From the NCBI GenBank assembly GCA_036351255.1, contig JAZBOS010000021.1, positions 20,053 through 84,052 of the forward strand: a stretch of 64,000 nt of DNA. Direction: 5' to 3'. Every line of letters begins with the position of its first letter. Within the stretch, counting starts at the first letter, position 1. This DNA is from Bacteroides sp. (GTDB lineage: Bacteria > Bacteroidota > Bacteroidia > Bacteroidales > UBA7960). The translations under genes and the position numbers were made by a program. Of this stretch, positions 48,687-57,161 are shown one piece after another. The notes beneath the pieces were generated by a model. That model was not told where the DNA came from. It did no database searches and worked only from the letters and a program-made list of their open reading frames with translations.

Positions 48687-50120
48687 TCATTCAACAAGGA
48701 CCTTTTGGTGAAAGTTCCCCTGTTCGGTGGTTAATATCAATAGATAAAGGCCTGGTATCATGTTATTGGTACTGATACGGGTTTCACCGGGAACCAGGGT
48801 TTCTGTGAAGACCCTTGCCCCATGCAACGTGAATAATTCCAACTTGTACGTGCCTTCGGGTGCTTCAAGAATAAACCAGTCCCGGGCGGGGTTGGGGTAA
48901 ACAGTTATTTTTGCGATAGCCTGGGGATCGCTTACCGAGACATTATTTTCGTCCCAGATTCTGCTGGCAAACTCTGGATGGTCAATGAAAGGATTCCGGT
49001 TCCCCTGGATCTCGTAAATGGCCTGGTTGCGGAGGATTTCCTTTTGGCTGACCGGATCCCGGGTATGCCATTCCAGAAACATCTCTTCCGCCCAGGCTTT
49101 CAGGCCAGGGAATTCATTGCTGGTGAACACTTCACCGGCATTGCCATTGCCAATCCATTCGCTGAGGTCGTCCTCATAGCGGGTGGCCATATAAAAATAT
49201 CCCCGGGCGATGTCACCCTTGTAAGCATCGATAGGTTCGAAGGCAATCCCTGAATAACCCGATAAGATGTTGGGTCCCAGTTTACTGCCATTCTGCGATG
49301 TCCAGCTGGGATTGTTGACCTCCCCGTAAGGGTAATTGCCTCTTTTGCCATTCACCATCTTATCGGAGGGAAAAATATGAAACAGCTCGGTGTACATTGG
49401 CATGGCGCTCTCAAACCACGATTGTGGAACCGAGTGCTCGCGGTTGTAAAATTCGCCCTCAACATTCCCCCCTGAGCCGGAATCCTGATCATCGCCAAAG
49501 GTGAAGGTGTAGGGAGGTTCCTGGCAGGGGATGTCGGAATACATATCCCAGACCTTTCCTGAATAAGTGGCGTCAGTTTCCAGGAAATGGGTCCACAGGC
49601 TTGAATAGGTTTGGGGCTGGTGGTCGTTGATGATGTCAAACAGCTGGGTCTTAAGCTGACTGCCCTGTCCGGTGGCTCCATCATAATATCCGCTGGGAAT
49701 GGTACTTTCAATCCCCAAGCCTGAAACACCAAGGATTTCGGGGCCCGAATCACCGGATTGATGGGTTATTGTCCCCTGCTTTTCACCGGTTGATTCAGGG
49801 AAAAACCTTACATAGATCCGCCTGGAGGCAATCGTTCCGTTGTTTTGGGTCAGGTTCAGGCTGCTTCCGAAATTTTCACTGCAATCCAAAGAAATCCTGA
49901 AGGGCCCATCTGCACTAATGGAAAGATCTTCGCTCAACTCACTGGCCTGAACGTAATAAAACTGCACATCGGAGAAATGCCCCGGAAAAACTCCCCGAAA
50001 ATCTGGCAGACTGGACACGGAGAGGCTAATGCTGCCCGCGGAGATGGCTTGAACATTTGTCATAATCAGCGCAAAAACCAGGAGCAAGGGGGTGAACTTG
50101 CGAGTAGTGAAAATTGACAT
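48687..50120 (-). CDS. Secreted endonuclease I family nuclease with T9SS C-terminal sorting domain
   Basis: Endonuclease-I blocks EHSVPQSWF, FHIFPSDKMVNGKRGNYPYGEV and NRNPFIDHPEFA. The C-terminal ITVYPNPARDWFILE...GLYLLILTTEQGNFHQKVLVE is a Por/T9SS CTD. The ORF-track start is TTG 50141. I prefer ATG 50120 (MSIFTTRKFTPLLLVFALIM...) because a -7 box overlaps 50141. Confidence 0.8.
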   Translation of the reverse strand: MSIFTTRKFTPLLLVFALIMTNVQAISAGSISLSVSSLPDFRGVFPGHFSDVQFYYVQASELSEDLSISADGPFRISLDCSENFGSSLNLTQNNGTIASRRIYVRFFPESTGEKQGTITHQSGDSGPEILGVSGLGIESTIPSGYYDGATGQGSQLKTQLFDIINDHQPQTYSSLWTHFLETDATYSGKVWDMYSDIPCQEPPYTFTFGDDQDSGSGGNVEGEFYNREHSVPQSWFESAMPMYTELFHIFPSDKMVNGKRGNYPYGEVNNPSWTSQNGSKLGPNILSGYSGIAFEPIDAYKGDIARGYFYMATRYEDDLSEWIGNGNAGEVFTSNEFPGLKAWAEEMFLEWHTRDPVSQKEILRNQAIYEIQGNRNPFIDHPEFASRIWDENNVSVSDPQAIAKITVYPNPARDWFILEAPEGTYKLELFTLHGARVFTETLVPGETRISTNNMIPGLYLLILTTEQGNFHQKVLVE

Positions 50121-50138
50121 TCGTTTCGTATTAATTGG

Positions 50139-50146
50139 CAAATGTA
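50139..50146 (-). promoter_or_regulatory. Bacteroidota-type -7 promoter box (TACATTTG on minus strand) for nuclease gene
   Basis: The reverse complement of caaatgta is TACATTTG followed by C, 18 nt upstream of ATG 50120. Confidence 0.45.
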
Positions 50147-50231
50147 GGGAAAAGGCTCAAGAAATAAAATGCCTCATCTTCAAAAGTCCTTGCCTGATCA
50201 TCTTTTTTTAAAAAAACCAAATTATGATTTG

Positions 50232-50293
50232 AACCGGAGTTTAACCGGTGTTTAACCAATTATAACCGGTTAAACACCGGTTAAACTCCGGTT
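50232..50293. repeat. Inverted repeat with perfect 26-bp arms and 10-nt spacer, built from 11-bp tandem units
   Basis: AACCGGAGTTTAACCGGTGTTTAACC-AATTATAACC-GGTTAAACACCGGTTAAACTCCGGTT, checked base by base. The units are AACCGGWGTTT, and ACCGGTTAAAC x2 on the right arm. Allowing one mismatch extends it to 50228-50297. It shares the CGGAGTTTA core with the 23949-24004 palindrome. Confidence 0.95.
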
Positions 50294-50443
50294 TAAAGCT
50301 GATTCAGATTTTCCAAAAGAGTTTTCCAAAGAAATGTTTTTTTTCAATCTTATTGAGCTTTGTAAGAATAATAGGGATGGGGCAGGAACAGGTTGAGCAA
50401 AGGATTCAGTCAGGGAACCTATGATTATTTATGTTCGGTGTTT

Positions 50444-50477
50444 AAGAAAAAAGATGCCCGGAGGTTTTTTCCGGGCA
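50444..50477 (-). terminator. Rho-independent terminator after the 1229-aa LTD protein gene (minus strand)
   Basis: On the minus strand: TGCCCGG-AAAAAACCT-CCGGGCA followed by TCTTTTTTCTT. Confidence 0.75.
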
Positions 50478-50507
50478 GCTTTTTAAAAAGAAAAGTTGAA
50501 TGACGGC

Positions 50508-53500
50508 TTATTGCCTGATCATTTTCCTGACGTAAACCTGTCCGGTTTTGTCAATCAATTGAATGATGTACAAGCCTCTCTCAAGGGATGAAGTGCCAAT
50601 TTGGAGGTCGCCATCCACAGCCTCATATTCCCTTACGATCTGCCCACTGCTGTTCACAAGACGAACAATGTCAATTTGTTCGAGGTTTAACAGACGGATG
50701 TGGTCGCTGAAAGGGTTGGGGTAAATGCTCACAGCGGGCATTTCTGTCAACGTGACACTGGTGGAAAGTTCAAAATCATCCAGATCTCTTGCCGTAACCT
50801 GGATGGTTGTCAGGTATTGGCTCACCAAAACGCTAAGGTTTTGTGGCTGCACAGGTACCGCAGTTCCAATATAGTCAGCATCGAAGAAGGAGGTGCGGAA
50901 TACGCCATTGCCATTTGCCGAGGTCAGTTCGTAATTCTGGCTGGTGGCAAAGTTGCCGGAAGCGTTGGCGAAACTGACATTTTCTATCTTCACCAGTTTG
51001 GCCTGGTCGTCTGATGTCAGGCTGGCCAGGGTGCGGACTTCCGGGACCACCGGGTTGCCTGTTGAGGTAGCTGCGCCGGGGTCTTCGGTTGGGACGAACT
51101 GAAGCATGCCGTTGTTGATGGTCAGGGTTCCTGTAATGCCTGTGATCCCATCACCAATGTCATAATTTGTGCTAATAACTCCATCGAAGTCGTCTATCAC
51201 AATAGCAGCGCTATTGTCCTGGATGTACTTCTGGTTACGGAAATTTTGCTGGTATGTTAGTATGGCTTCTCCAGTAAGCTGGTAAGGCATTCCTGTTTCC
51301 CCTCCACGCAAAGCCAGCAAGTTGGACACCTGGGTAGCTTCGTTGCTGATGACCTCAACACTTACGTTATCGAGTTGAAGGTGCCCCATGGCTTCGTCAG
51401 AATTGCGCAAAGAGAAAATAAATTCCGCCACATCTGATGAGTTTTCGGCAAGGATTACCTGTGAGTATTCTGCCCAGGTGTCACTGTTTACTATAATGTA
51501 TTCATTATAAAAGTATCCATAGGCATCTTCGCGTTCATCAAAAAGACCAGTGCGGATGTCACCCTTGCCCTTGAGCCAGAAAGTGACCCTGTAATTCTGT
51601 CCGTTCTCAACGCTGGTGGCCTGCGAAGTGAACCGTTTGTGGTTCCCTTCGGCATTGATAAGCTGAACCGCTGAACTTCCTGACTGCGGGTTCTCGGTGT
51701 ATTGCATGACGGCTGCAGCAACCAGGTTGGTCTTGGCTCCAAACCAACAGTCGGGCTTGCCATCTGTCCAGTTTTCGAAATCACCGTTACAGATAACTTC
51801 AATGACAGGTTCGGTCCCTATGGTAAAACTCCACTCGCCTTCGGCAATTCCCGGCAAGGTGTTGCCTCCAAGATCGGCAAAGGCACCTTCATCCACCAGG
51901 ATGTAATAAGCGGTTTCGAAGGCCAGGTCATTGGAGGGATTGATATGGATTTGGTTGTCTTCAATGTTTACCTGTGAAGAGGTGGAAGAAATGGTCTCCA
52001 CGATGGCATCATCACTGCTGGTATAGATGATGATGTTCTTCCCTGAAACAGGCCAGATATTTTCGCTTACGGTAATGATGAAGCCCTGGTCGGCTGGAAC
52101 CTCCACGGCATTATTTTCAGGGGTCAGGGCCAGAACCTCCGGATCGAGGATGTCGATAAAGGTGACGTTGGCACTTTCGGCGTAGAAGTTGAGGTCGCTG
52201 GCATCGCTGAGCCTGAAGTAATAGCTGCCGTGGGCACCGTTGGGGAGGTTCTCGGTAAAGGTGCCGTTGGCGGCAGTGATGTCAGTGTATTCGGCCACGG
52301 GTGTTGAGAACCCTGCCTGGTAGACATACAGGTTAAGGGTCTGGATGTTTTCGGAAGTCCAGCTGACGGTCACTGGTTCTCCCGTTTCGTATTCTTCACC
52401 GCCGATGGGGGCAGTGAATGCCAGTTCCCGAATCTCGTCGGTGAGGGTCACCTTGTAGTATTTGGTGGTTGTTTCATCTTCAGCCACGACAGTCACCACG
52501 ACGACATCTCCGGAGAATAAGGCCTGGGTAGGAAGGTCGGCCTCGTCAACGGGGTCGCCGTTCAGGGACACGGCGAAGGTAGCTGCAGGATGGCTGGTTG
52601 TGACTACAATACCTTCAAAATCAGTGAAGTCAGAAACGAAAATGGTAGCACCCTCTTCAGAAGGATCATTCACCTCAACGCCCGTCAAGTCGAGTGCATC
52701 CAACCCCCCAAGGGTTAAAGCTGAGAGGCTGGCATCGGTGCTGATGAGATCGAAGTTAAAGTCGCTTAAAAAACGCGGGGTGATAAAATCTCCCTCAGCC
52801 CGTGAATTGGGCAGGCCGGTCAGATGGAAAGGATTGGTGGGGATGGGCGTACCAATATAATCCACGTCGTAAAAAGTGGTCCTGAGGGTGGCGGTGGTGA
52901 TGCCATCGGTAATGGAGTATGTCTGTCCGTTTTCAAAATTTCCGCCGGGGCTTACGAACGACACATTCTGGATGGTGACCAGCCTTGACTCGTAAGTTTC
53001 GAAGTTGTTTACGAATTCAGCCAGCGAAATCTCGAGGGGTTCAATGACATTGTTGGTTGAAGTGGCAGGACCCGGGTCGGACAGAGGCGTAAACTGGAAC
53101 ATGTTTCCGTAAACGGTAAGGGTGCCTTCAATTCCTGTAATTCCGTCGTATAAGCTATAAGCCGAGGTGATTATTCCGCTGTTGTCATCAATCAGGATTC
53201 CCCCGGTTTCGTCTTCAATGTATTTTTGATTTCTGAAATCCTGCTGGTAAGTGAGGGTTGCCTCACCTGAAAGGATATAGGGGGTTGAACCTGTGGGTAA
53301 TTGCTTAAGTTCGGCAATGGTTGAAACCGTCGTGGGGAAAGCATAAACCCCGGTGGCAACATAACTTGGATCCAGGCCGGCTTTATATCCCCTGGCCTTG
53401 ATGGTCGTTGTACTGGAGATGTTTACCGGTCCTGTGTAGAGGGTGCTGGCCTCTGTTGGGTCATTGCCATCGAGGGTGTAATAAATGCTAGCACCTTCTG

Positions 53501-54197
53501 TGGTGGTACTTATTGTAACATCAATAGGGGAAGTATACATGCCAGGAGCAGGATCGAAGGAAGGCATTGCCACGCTGGGAGTGGTAGAGCATACGTGAAC
53601 AGGGGAAGCAGTATTGCTTGGGTTGGGTGTTTCCACCACAAAGTCTGCATTATTGTTGTTGGTATCAACACAGCCATCATCGAGACGGATGGCTGCAGTG
53701 GTATTCGAAATTGGGGCAGTTGCACCGCTGCCTTCAAAACAATTGGCAGTACCATATCCTACCAAATCAATGACTTCTGAGCCTGTGGGGCACGAGCCTG
53801 AAAGTGCAGTTGTGTTGTTAACCAGGGCCACTTTGCCATTGCTGGCAGCCATGGCCATTGTTCCAGTTGCATCGGGCGTGGGAAGATCTACCGTTCCACC
53901 AGAACCCTGGGCCTGTTGAACCAGGTAGTACTGACCGGGTTGAAGCGTAAAATCAGTAAGTTGGGTCACTTGCCAGCTTGTGCCAGTGGATGAGGCGTAT
54001 TGCACAGACCATCCTGCCAGATTAACAGGTTCTGAGCTTTGGTTGAAAATCTCTATAAAGTCGTTTTTCAGGGTAGCCCCTGAGTTTCCACCACCGCCAT
54101 ACACCTGGCTGATCACAACTTGCGACCAGGCAGAAAGGGAAAAGGAAAAAAGTAGTAAGGCGAAGGCCAAGGTCTTAAGAAAAGAAATTTTCTTCAT
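50508..54197 (-). CDS. Large secreted multidomain protein: lamin-tail domain (LTD), chitobiase/FN3-like domain, duplicated ~175-190-aa module, Ig-like/CBM-like regions, T9SS C-terminal sorting domain
   Basis: LTD-like N-terminus VISQVYGGGGNSGATLKNDFIEIFNQSSEPVNLAGWSVQY; GASIYYTLDGNDPTEASTLYTGPV block; C-terminal VSIYPNPFSDHIRLLN...GLYIIQLIDKTGQVYVRKMIRQ (T9SS CTD). No catalytic motif recognised. The ORF-track start is TTG 54251. I prefer ATG 54197 (MKKISFLKTLAFALLLFSFSLSAWSQ) because a -7 box overlaps 54251. Confidence 0.75.
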   Translation of the reverse strand: MKKISFLKTLAFALLLFSFSLSAWSQVVISQVYGGGGNSGATLKNDFIEIFNQSSEPVNLAGWSVQYASSTGTSWQVTQLTDFTLQPGQYYLVQQAQGSGGTVDLPTPDATGTMAMAASNGKVALVNNTTALSGSCPTGSEVIDLVGYGTANCFEGSGATAPISNTTAAIRLDDGCVDTNNNNADFVVETPNPSNTASPVHVCSTTPSVAMPSFDPAPGMYTSPIDVTISTTTEGASIYYTLDGNDPTEASTLYTGPVNISSTTTIKARGYKAGLDPSYVATGVYAFPTTVSTIAELKQLPTGSTPYILSGEATLTYQQDFRNQKYIEDETGGILIDDNSGIITSAYSLYDGITGIEGTLTVYGNMFQFTPLSDPGPATSTNNVIEPLEISLAEFVNNFETYESRLVTIQNVSFVSPGGNFENGQTYSITDGITTATLRTTFYDVDYIGTPIPTNPFHLTGLPNSRAEGDFITPRFLSDFNFDLISTDASLSALTLGGLDALDLTGVEVNDPSEEGATIFVSDFTDFEGIVVTTSHPAATFAVSLNGDPVDEADLPTQALFSGDVVVVTVVAEDETTTKYYKVTLTDEIRELAFTAPIGGEEYETGEPVTVSWTSENIQTLNLYVYQAGFSTPVAEYTDITAANGTFTENLPNGAHGSYYFRLSDASDLNFYAESANVTFIDILDPEVLALTPENNAVEVPADQGFIITVSENIWPVSGKNIIIYTSSDDAIVETISSTSSQVNIEDNQIHINPSNDLAFETAYYILVDEGAFADLGGNTLPGIAEGEWSFTIGTEPVIEVICNGDFENWTDGKPDCWFGAKTNLVAAAVMQYTENPQSGSSAVQLINAEGNHKRFTSQATSVENGQNYRVTFWLKGKGDIRTGLFDEREDAYGYFYNEYIIVNSDTWAEYSQVILAENSSDVAEFIFSLRNSDEAMGHLQLDNVSVEVISNEATQVSNLLALRGGETGMPYQLTGEAILTYQQNFRNQKYIQDNSAAIVIDDFDGVISTNYDIGDGITGITGTLTINNGMLQFVPTEDPGAATSTGNPVVPEVRTLASLTSDDQAKLVKIENVSFANASGNFATSQNYELTSANGNGVFRTSFFDADYIGTAVPVQPQNLSVLVSQYLTTIQVTARDLDDFELSTSVTLTEMPAVSIYPNPFSDHIRLLNLEQIDIVRLVNSSGQIVREYEAVDGDLQIGTSSLERGLYIIQLIDKTGQVYVRKMIRQ

Positions 54198-54248
54198 CAC
54201 AATAGGATTATGTTTAAAAAATGCCTGAAAAGATTCAATAGTAGCAGG

Positions 54249-54256
54249 CAAAGTTA
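54249..54256 (-). promoter_or_regulatory. Bacteroidota-type -7 promoter box (TAACTTTG on minus strand) for LTD protein gene
   Basis: The reverse complement of caaagtta is TAACTTTG followed by C, 51 nt upstream of ATG 54197. Confidence 0.45.
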
Positions 54257-54304
54257 ATCATTCCCTGAGTACTAAAAAAGGGACTGTTGAAAAACTGGAA
54301 GGGT

Positions 54305-55216
54305 TTAGTTCTTCCTTCTTGACCTTGGATGATAGGAGACAATGGCTTCGCGCAGAAATTCGCGGTCGAGGTGGGTATATATTTCGGTCGTAGTGATGGA
54401 TTCGTGCCCCAGCATATCCTGCACTGCACGCAGGTCGGCTCCGCCTTCAACCAGGTGGGTTGCAAAACTATGCCTGAGGGTGTGGGGGCTGACATTTTTA
54501 TGAATTCCTGCTTCTCTGCAGAGGGATTTAATGATGTGAAAGATCATGTTTCGGCTCAGACGGCCCCCCCTCTTATTCAGAAAAACGATGTCTTCATGCC
54601 CTTTTTTGGGCATGGTTTGCAGCCGACTAGAGTCAAGATAGATACGGATGAATTTCAAGGCTTCCAGTCCTATAGGGACCAGACGTTGTTTATCGCCTTT
54701 GCCAGTCACCAAGAGGTATTCTTCCTGGAAATTTATATCACTTATTTTTAAGTTCACCAGTTCTGAAACCCGCAGGCCTGAACCATAAAGGGTTTCGATG
54801 ATAGCCTTGTTGCGGGGACCTTCTGGTTTACTCAAATCAATTGCATTCAGGATGTCTTCAATTTCCTGATTGCTTAAAACGGAAGGAAGTTTCCGTTCTA
54901 TTCTGGGGGTTTCCAGCGTCTTGGCCGGATTTACTGAAATAATATCTTCAACCAGCAGGTATTTAAAAAAGGCGCGTACACCGGAAAGAATTCGGGCTTG
55001 GCTGCCACTAGACGCCTGCTGACTTCCCACCCAATTCATAAAAGCGGAGAGGTGATTTATGGTGACATCCTGTGGCTTGAGAACTGGGTGATGGGTATTT
55101 AGAAAATCAGTGAGCTTTCCAAGATCACGCAAATAGGCAGCCACGCTGTTGGACGAAAGTGATCGCTCAAGTTGAAGATATGACTCAAATCCTTTTTCCC
55201 AGGCTTTCCAGTTCAT
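54305..55216 (-). CDS. xerD: Site-specific tyrosine recombinase XerD
   Basis: 303 aa from ATG 55216 (MNWKAWEKGFESYLQLERSLSSNSVAAYLRDL). Catalytic blocks LYGSGLRVSEL, HTLRHSFATHL and TTEIYTH are present. The upstream extension in the ORF track is implausible. Confidence 0.85.
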   Translation of the reverse strand: MNWKAWEKGFESYLQLERSLSSNSVAAYLRDLGKLTDFLNTHHPVLKPQDVTINHLSAFMNWVGSQQASSGSQARILSGVRAFFKYLLVEDIISVNPAKTLETPRIERKLPSVLSNQEIEDILNAIDLSKPEGPRNKAIIETLYGSGLRVSELVNLKISDINFQEEYLLVTGKGDKQRLVPIGLEALKFIRIYLDSSRLQTMPKKGHEDIVFLNKRGGRLSRNMIFHIIKSLCREAGIHKNVSPHTLRHSFATHLVEGGADLRAVQDMLGHESITTTEIYTHLDREFLREAIVSYHPRSRRKN

Positions 55217-55277
55217 GACCGCAATATTATTGGTAATTTTGTCATTCCTTTTCAATAACGGTACAAAAATTGCATTA

Positions 55278-55847
55278 ATGCATTCAGATATATTTTTTTC
55301 AATCGTGCCCGGCGTATTTTTTAATCCACCGCGTGCCTGGCAAACAGTCAAGAGTCATCCCATATCTCTTATACGTTTTTTTCTTGTATTTGGTTTACCT
55401 TTTATTTTGCTGGGCTCTTTTGGACGGGCGCTCAGTGATCAGGATTTGGAAGCTTTTGTTGACCGCCCTCTTGGTATTTTGTTTTTATCCCATTTATTGT
55501 CGAATCTTTTGGTCTTACTTGCTGGCCCCTGGATGATAGCCCGCCTGTCAGGGACTTACAAACTTGTCCCCGATTACTCCTCAAGTCTTAAATTATCGGT
55601 TGTCTCTTATATCCCATTTTTATTGTCTCAGCTTATTGCAGCACTGGCACCGGTTATATCCTTCATAGCACTGGTTGGAATGGGCTTTTCATTGGTGCTT
55701 TTTTGGAGTGGAGCCCCCGTGATTCTTGATATCCCAAAGAACCGCCTTGCAGGTTTCACTTTTCTTTCTTTCTTCATCTTCCTGGGTCTTTCTTTGATAG
55801 GACTCTATTTGATCAGATTGATTATTTTTGCACCTGTTACAGTTTGA
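55278..55847 (+). CDS. Yip1-domain family membrane protein
   Basis: About 189 aa from ATG 55278 (MHSDIFFSIVPGVFFNPPRAWQTV...) with 5 TM helices. The Yip1-like assignment is by pattern only. The start is uncertain (the ORF track gives 55215). Confidence 0.5.
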   Translation: MHSDIFFSIVPGVFFNPPRAWQTVKSHPISLIRFFLVFGLPFILLGSFGRALSDQDLEAFVDRPLGILFLSHLLSNLLVLLAGPWMIARLSGTYKLVPDYSSSLKLSVVSYIPFLLSQLIAALAPVISFIALVGMGFSLVLFWSGAPVILDIPKNRLAGFTFLSFFIFLGLSLIGLYLIRLIIFAPVTV

Positions 55848-55873
55848 TAATTACAAATAATGTTTCCTTGATC

Positions 55874-57142
55874 ATGACGGAAAGATCCCGACCACGTTTT
55901 CTCATTATTCTTATCGTTATAAGCCTTGCCGTTTTGCTGGTATTTGGATTTTTGATGATTCGCCGCTTTTCTCAAAACCAAATCCATCAAAACCAGGAGG
56001 AGGTTCCCGAGATTACCTTTGATGAATTTGGTTTTCCTGAAGACCAATACTTAATAGAAAGCGAGGTAGTCAAGCCCAATCAAACCCTTTCACATATTCT
56101 TTCCACTTTTAGTTTATCCCCTGAGATAATTCATGTCATTGCAGGCCAGATTCAGGAAGTGTTTAATCCCCGGCGAATCAAAGCCGGACAGGCATACCAT
56201 GGATACTATTCAAACGACTCCGTACCACAGCTTCAGTATTTTGTTTACGAGATCTCAATGCTTGACTATTTGAAAGTTGGCCTGGGCGACAGCCTGACGA
56301 TTGAGAAAGGGGAGAAGGAAGTTACGACCCTGGACAGGACTGCTTCGGGGCTGATCACTTCTTCATTGTGGAATGCGATGGTTGACAACAATTTAAGTCC
56401 TGAGCTGATAATTCGCCTTTCAGAGGTTTTGGCCTGGGAAGTTGACTTTTACAGGATTCAGGAAGGCGACCGTTTTAAGGTCCTATATAAAGAGAATTTT
56501 GTTGGAGATAAATCGGTTGGTATTCCGGATGTTGATGCTTTGTACTTTGTTCATCAGGGGCGCGAGATATATGGCTTTCACTTTGAATCGGATACCCTTC
56601 AAGGCTTCTTCAATCCTGAAGGAGAGAATCTGCGCAAAGTTTTTCTGAAGGCCCCTCTTGAATTCGGGCGAATTTCCAGCCGGTTTTCTTCAAGCAGGAT
56701 GCATCCAGTCCTAAAGCACCGGCGTCCTCATTACGGAACCGATTACGCTGCCCCACATGGAACACCTATCCTGTCTGTTGGGGATGGAGTAGTGACACAG
56801 ACAGCCTATTCTTCTGGAAACGGAAATTATGTTCGGATCCGCCATAACTCGGTATATGAGACTCAGTATCTCCATATGTCGCGTTTCGCTGCTGGAATCA
56901 GACCAGGTGTTAAAGTGGAGCAAGGGCAGGTAATTGGTTATGTGGGCGCTACGGGACTGGCTACCGGGCCTCACGTATGTTTTCGTTTTTGGAAAAACGG
57001 ACATCAAGTTGACCACCTGAGGGAAGAATTTCCTTCAGCAGATCCGCTCCCAGTTGATTATATGTCTGCGTTTGTTGAAATCCGCGACAGCCTTACCCGG
57101 GAATTGAATAAGATTCCTTTCAGTCAGGAATTACCTGTTTAA
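55874..57142 (+). CDS. M23 family metallopeptidase (peptidoglycan DD-endopeptidase-like) with N-terminal TM anchor
   Basis: Motifs HYGTDYAAPHGTPI and GLATGPHVCFRFW. The ORF-track start is TTG 55844. I prefer ATG 55874 (MTERSRPRFLIILIVISLAVLL). Confidence 0.8.
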   Translation: MTERSRPRFLIILIVISLAVLLVFGFLMIRRFSQNQIHQNQEEVPEITFDEFGFPEDQYLIESEVVKPNQTLSHILSTFSLSPEIIHVIAGQIQEVFNPRRIKAGQAYHGYYSNDSVPQLQYFVYEISMLDYLKVGLGDSLTIEKGEKEVTTLDRTASGLITSSLWNAMVDNNLSPELIIRLSEVLAWEVDFYRIQEGDRFKVLYKENFVGDKSVGIPDVDALYFVHQGREIYGFHFESDTLQGFFNPEGENLRKVFLKAPLEFGRISSRFSSSRMHPVLKHRRPHYGTDYAAPHGTPILSVGDGVVTQTAYSSGNGNYVRIRHNSVYETQYLHMSRFAAGIRPGVKVEQGQVIGYVGATGLATGPHVCFRFWKNGHQVDHLREEFPSADPLPVDYMSAFVEIRDSLTRELNKIPFSQELPV

Positions 57143-57161
57143 TTATTCATAATTTGAATTC

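Noticed and set aside
54305-55216. Tyrosine recombinase as a possible marker of an integrated mobile element
   Set aside because: The sequence is XerD-like (chromosome dimer resolution type). There are no flanking phage, conjugation or transposase genes, no tRNA target and no direct repeats. I treat it as housekeeping.
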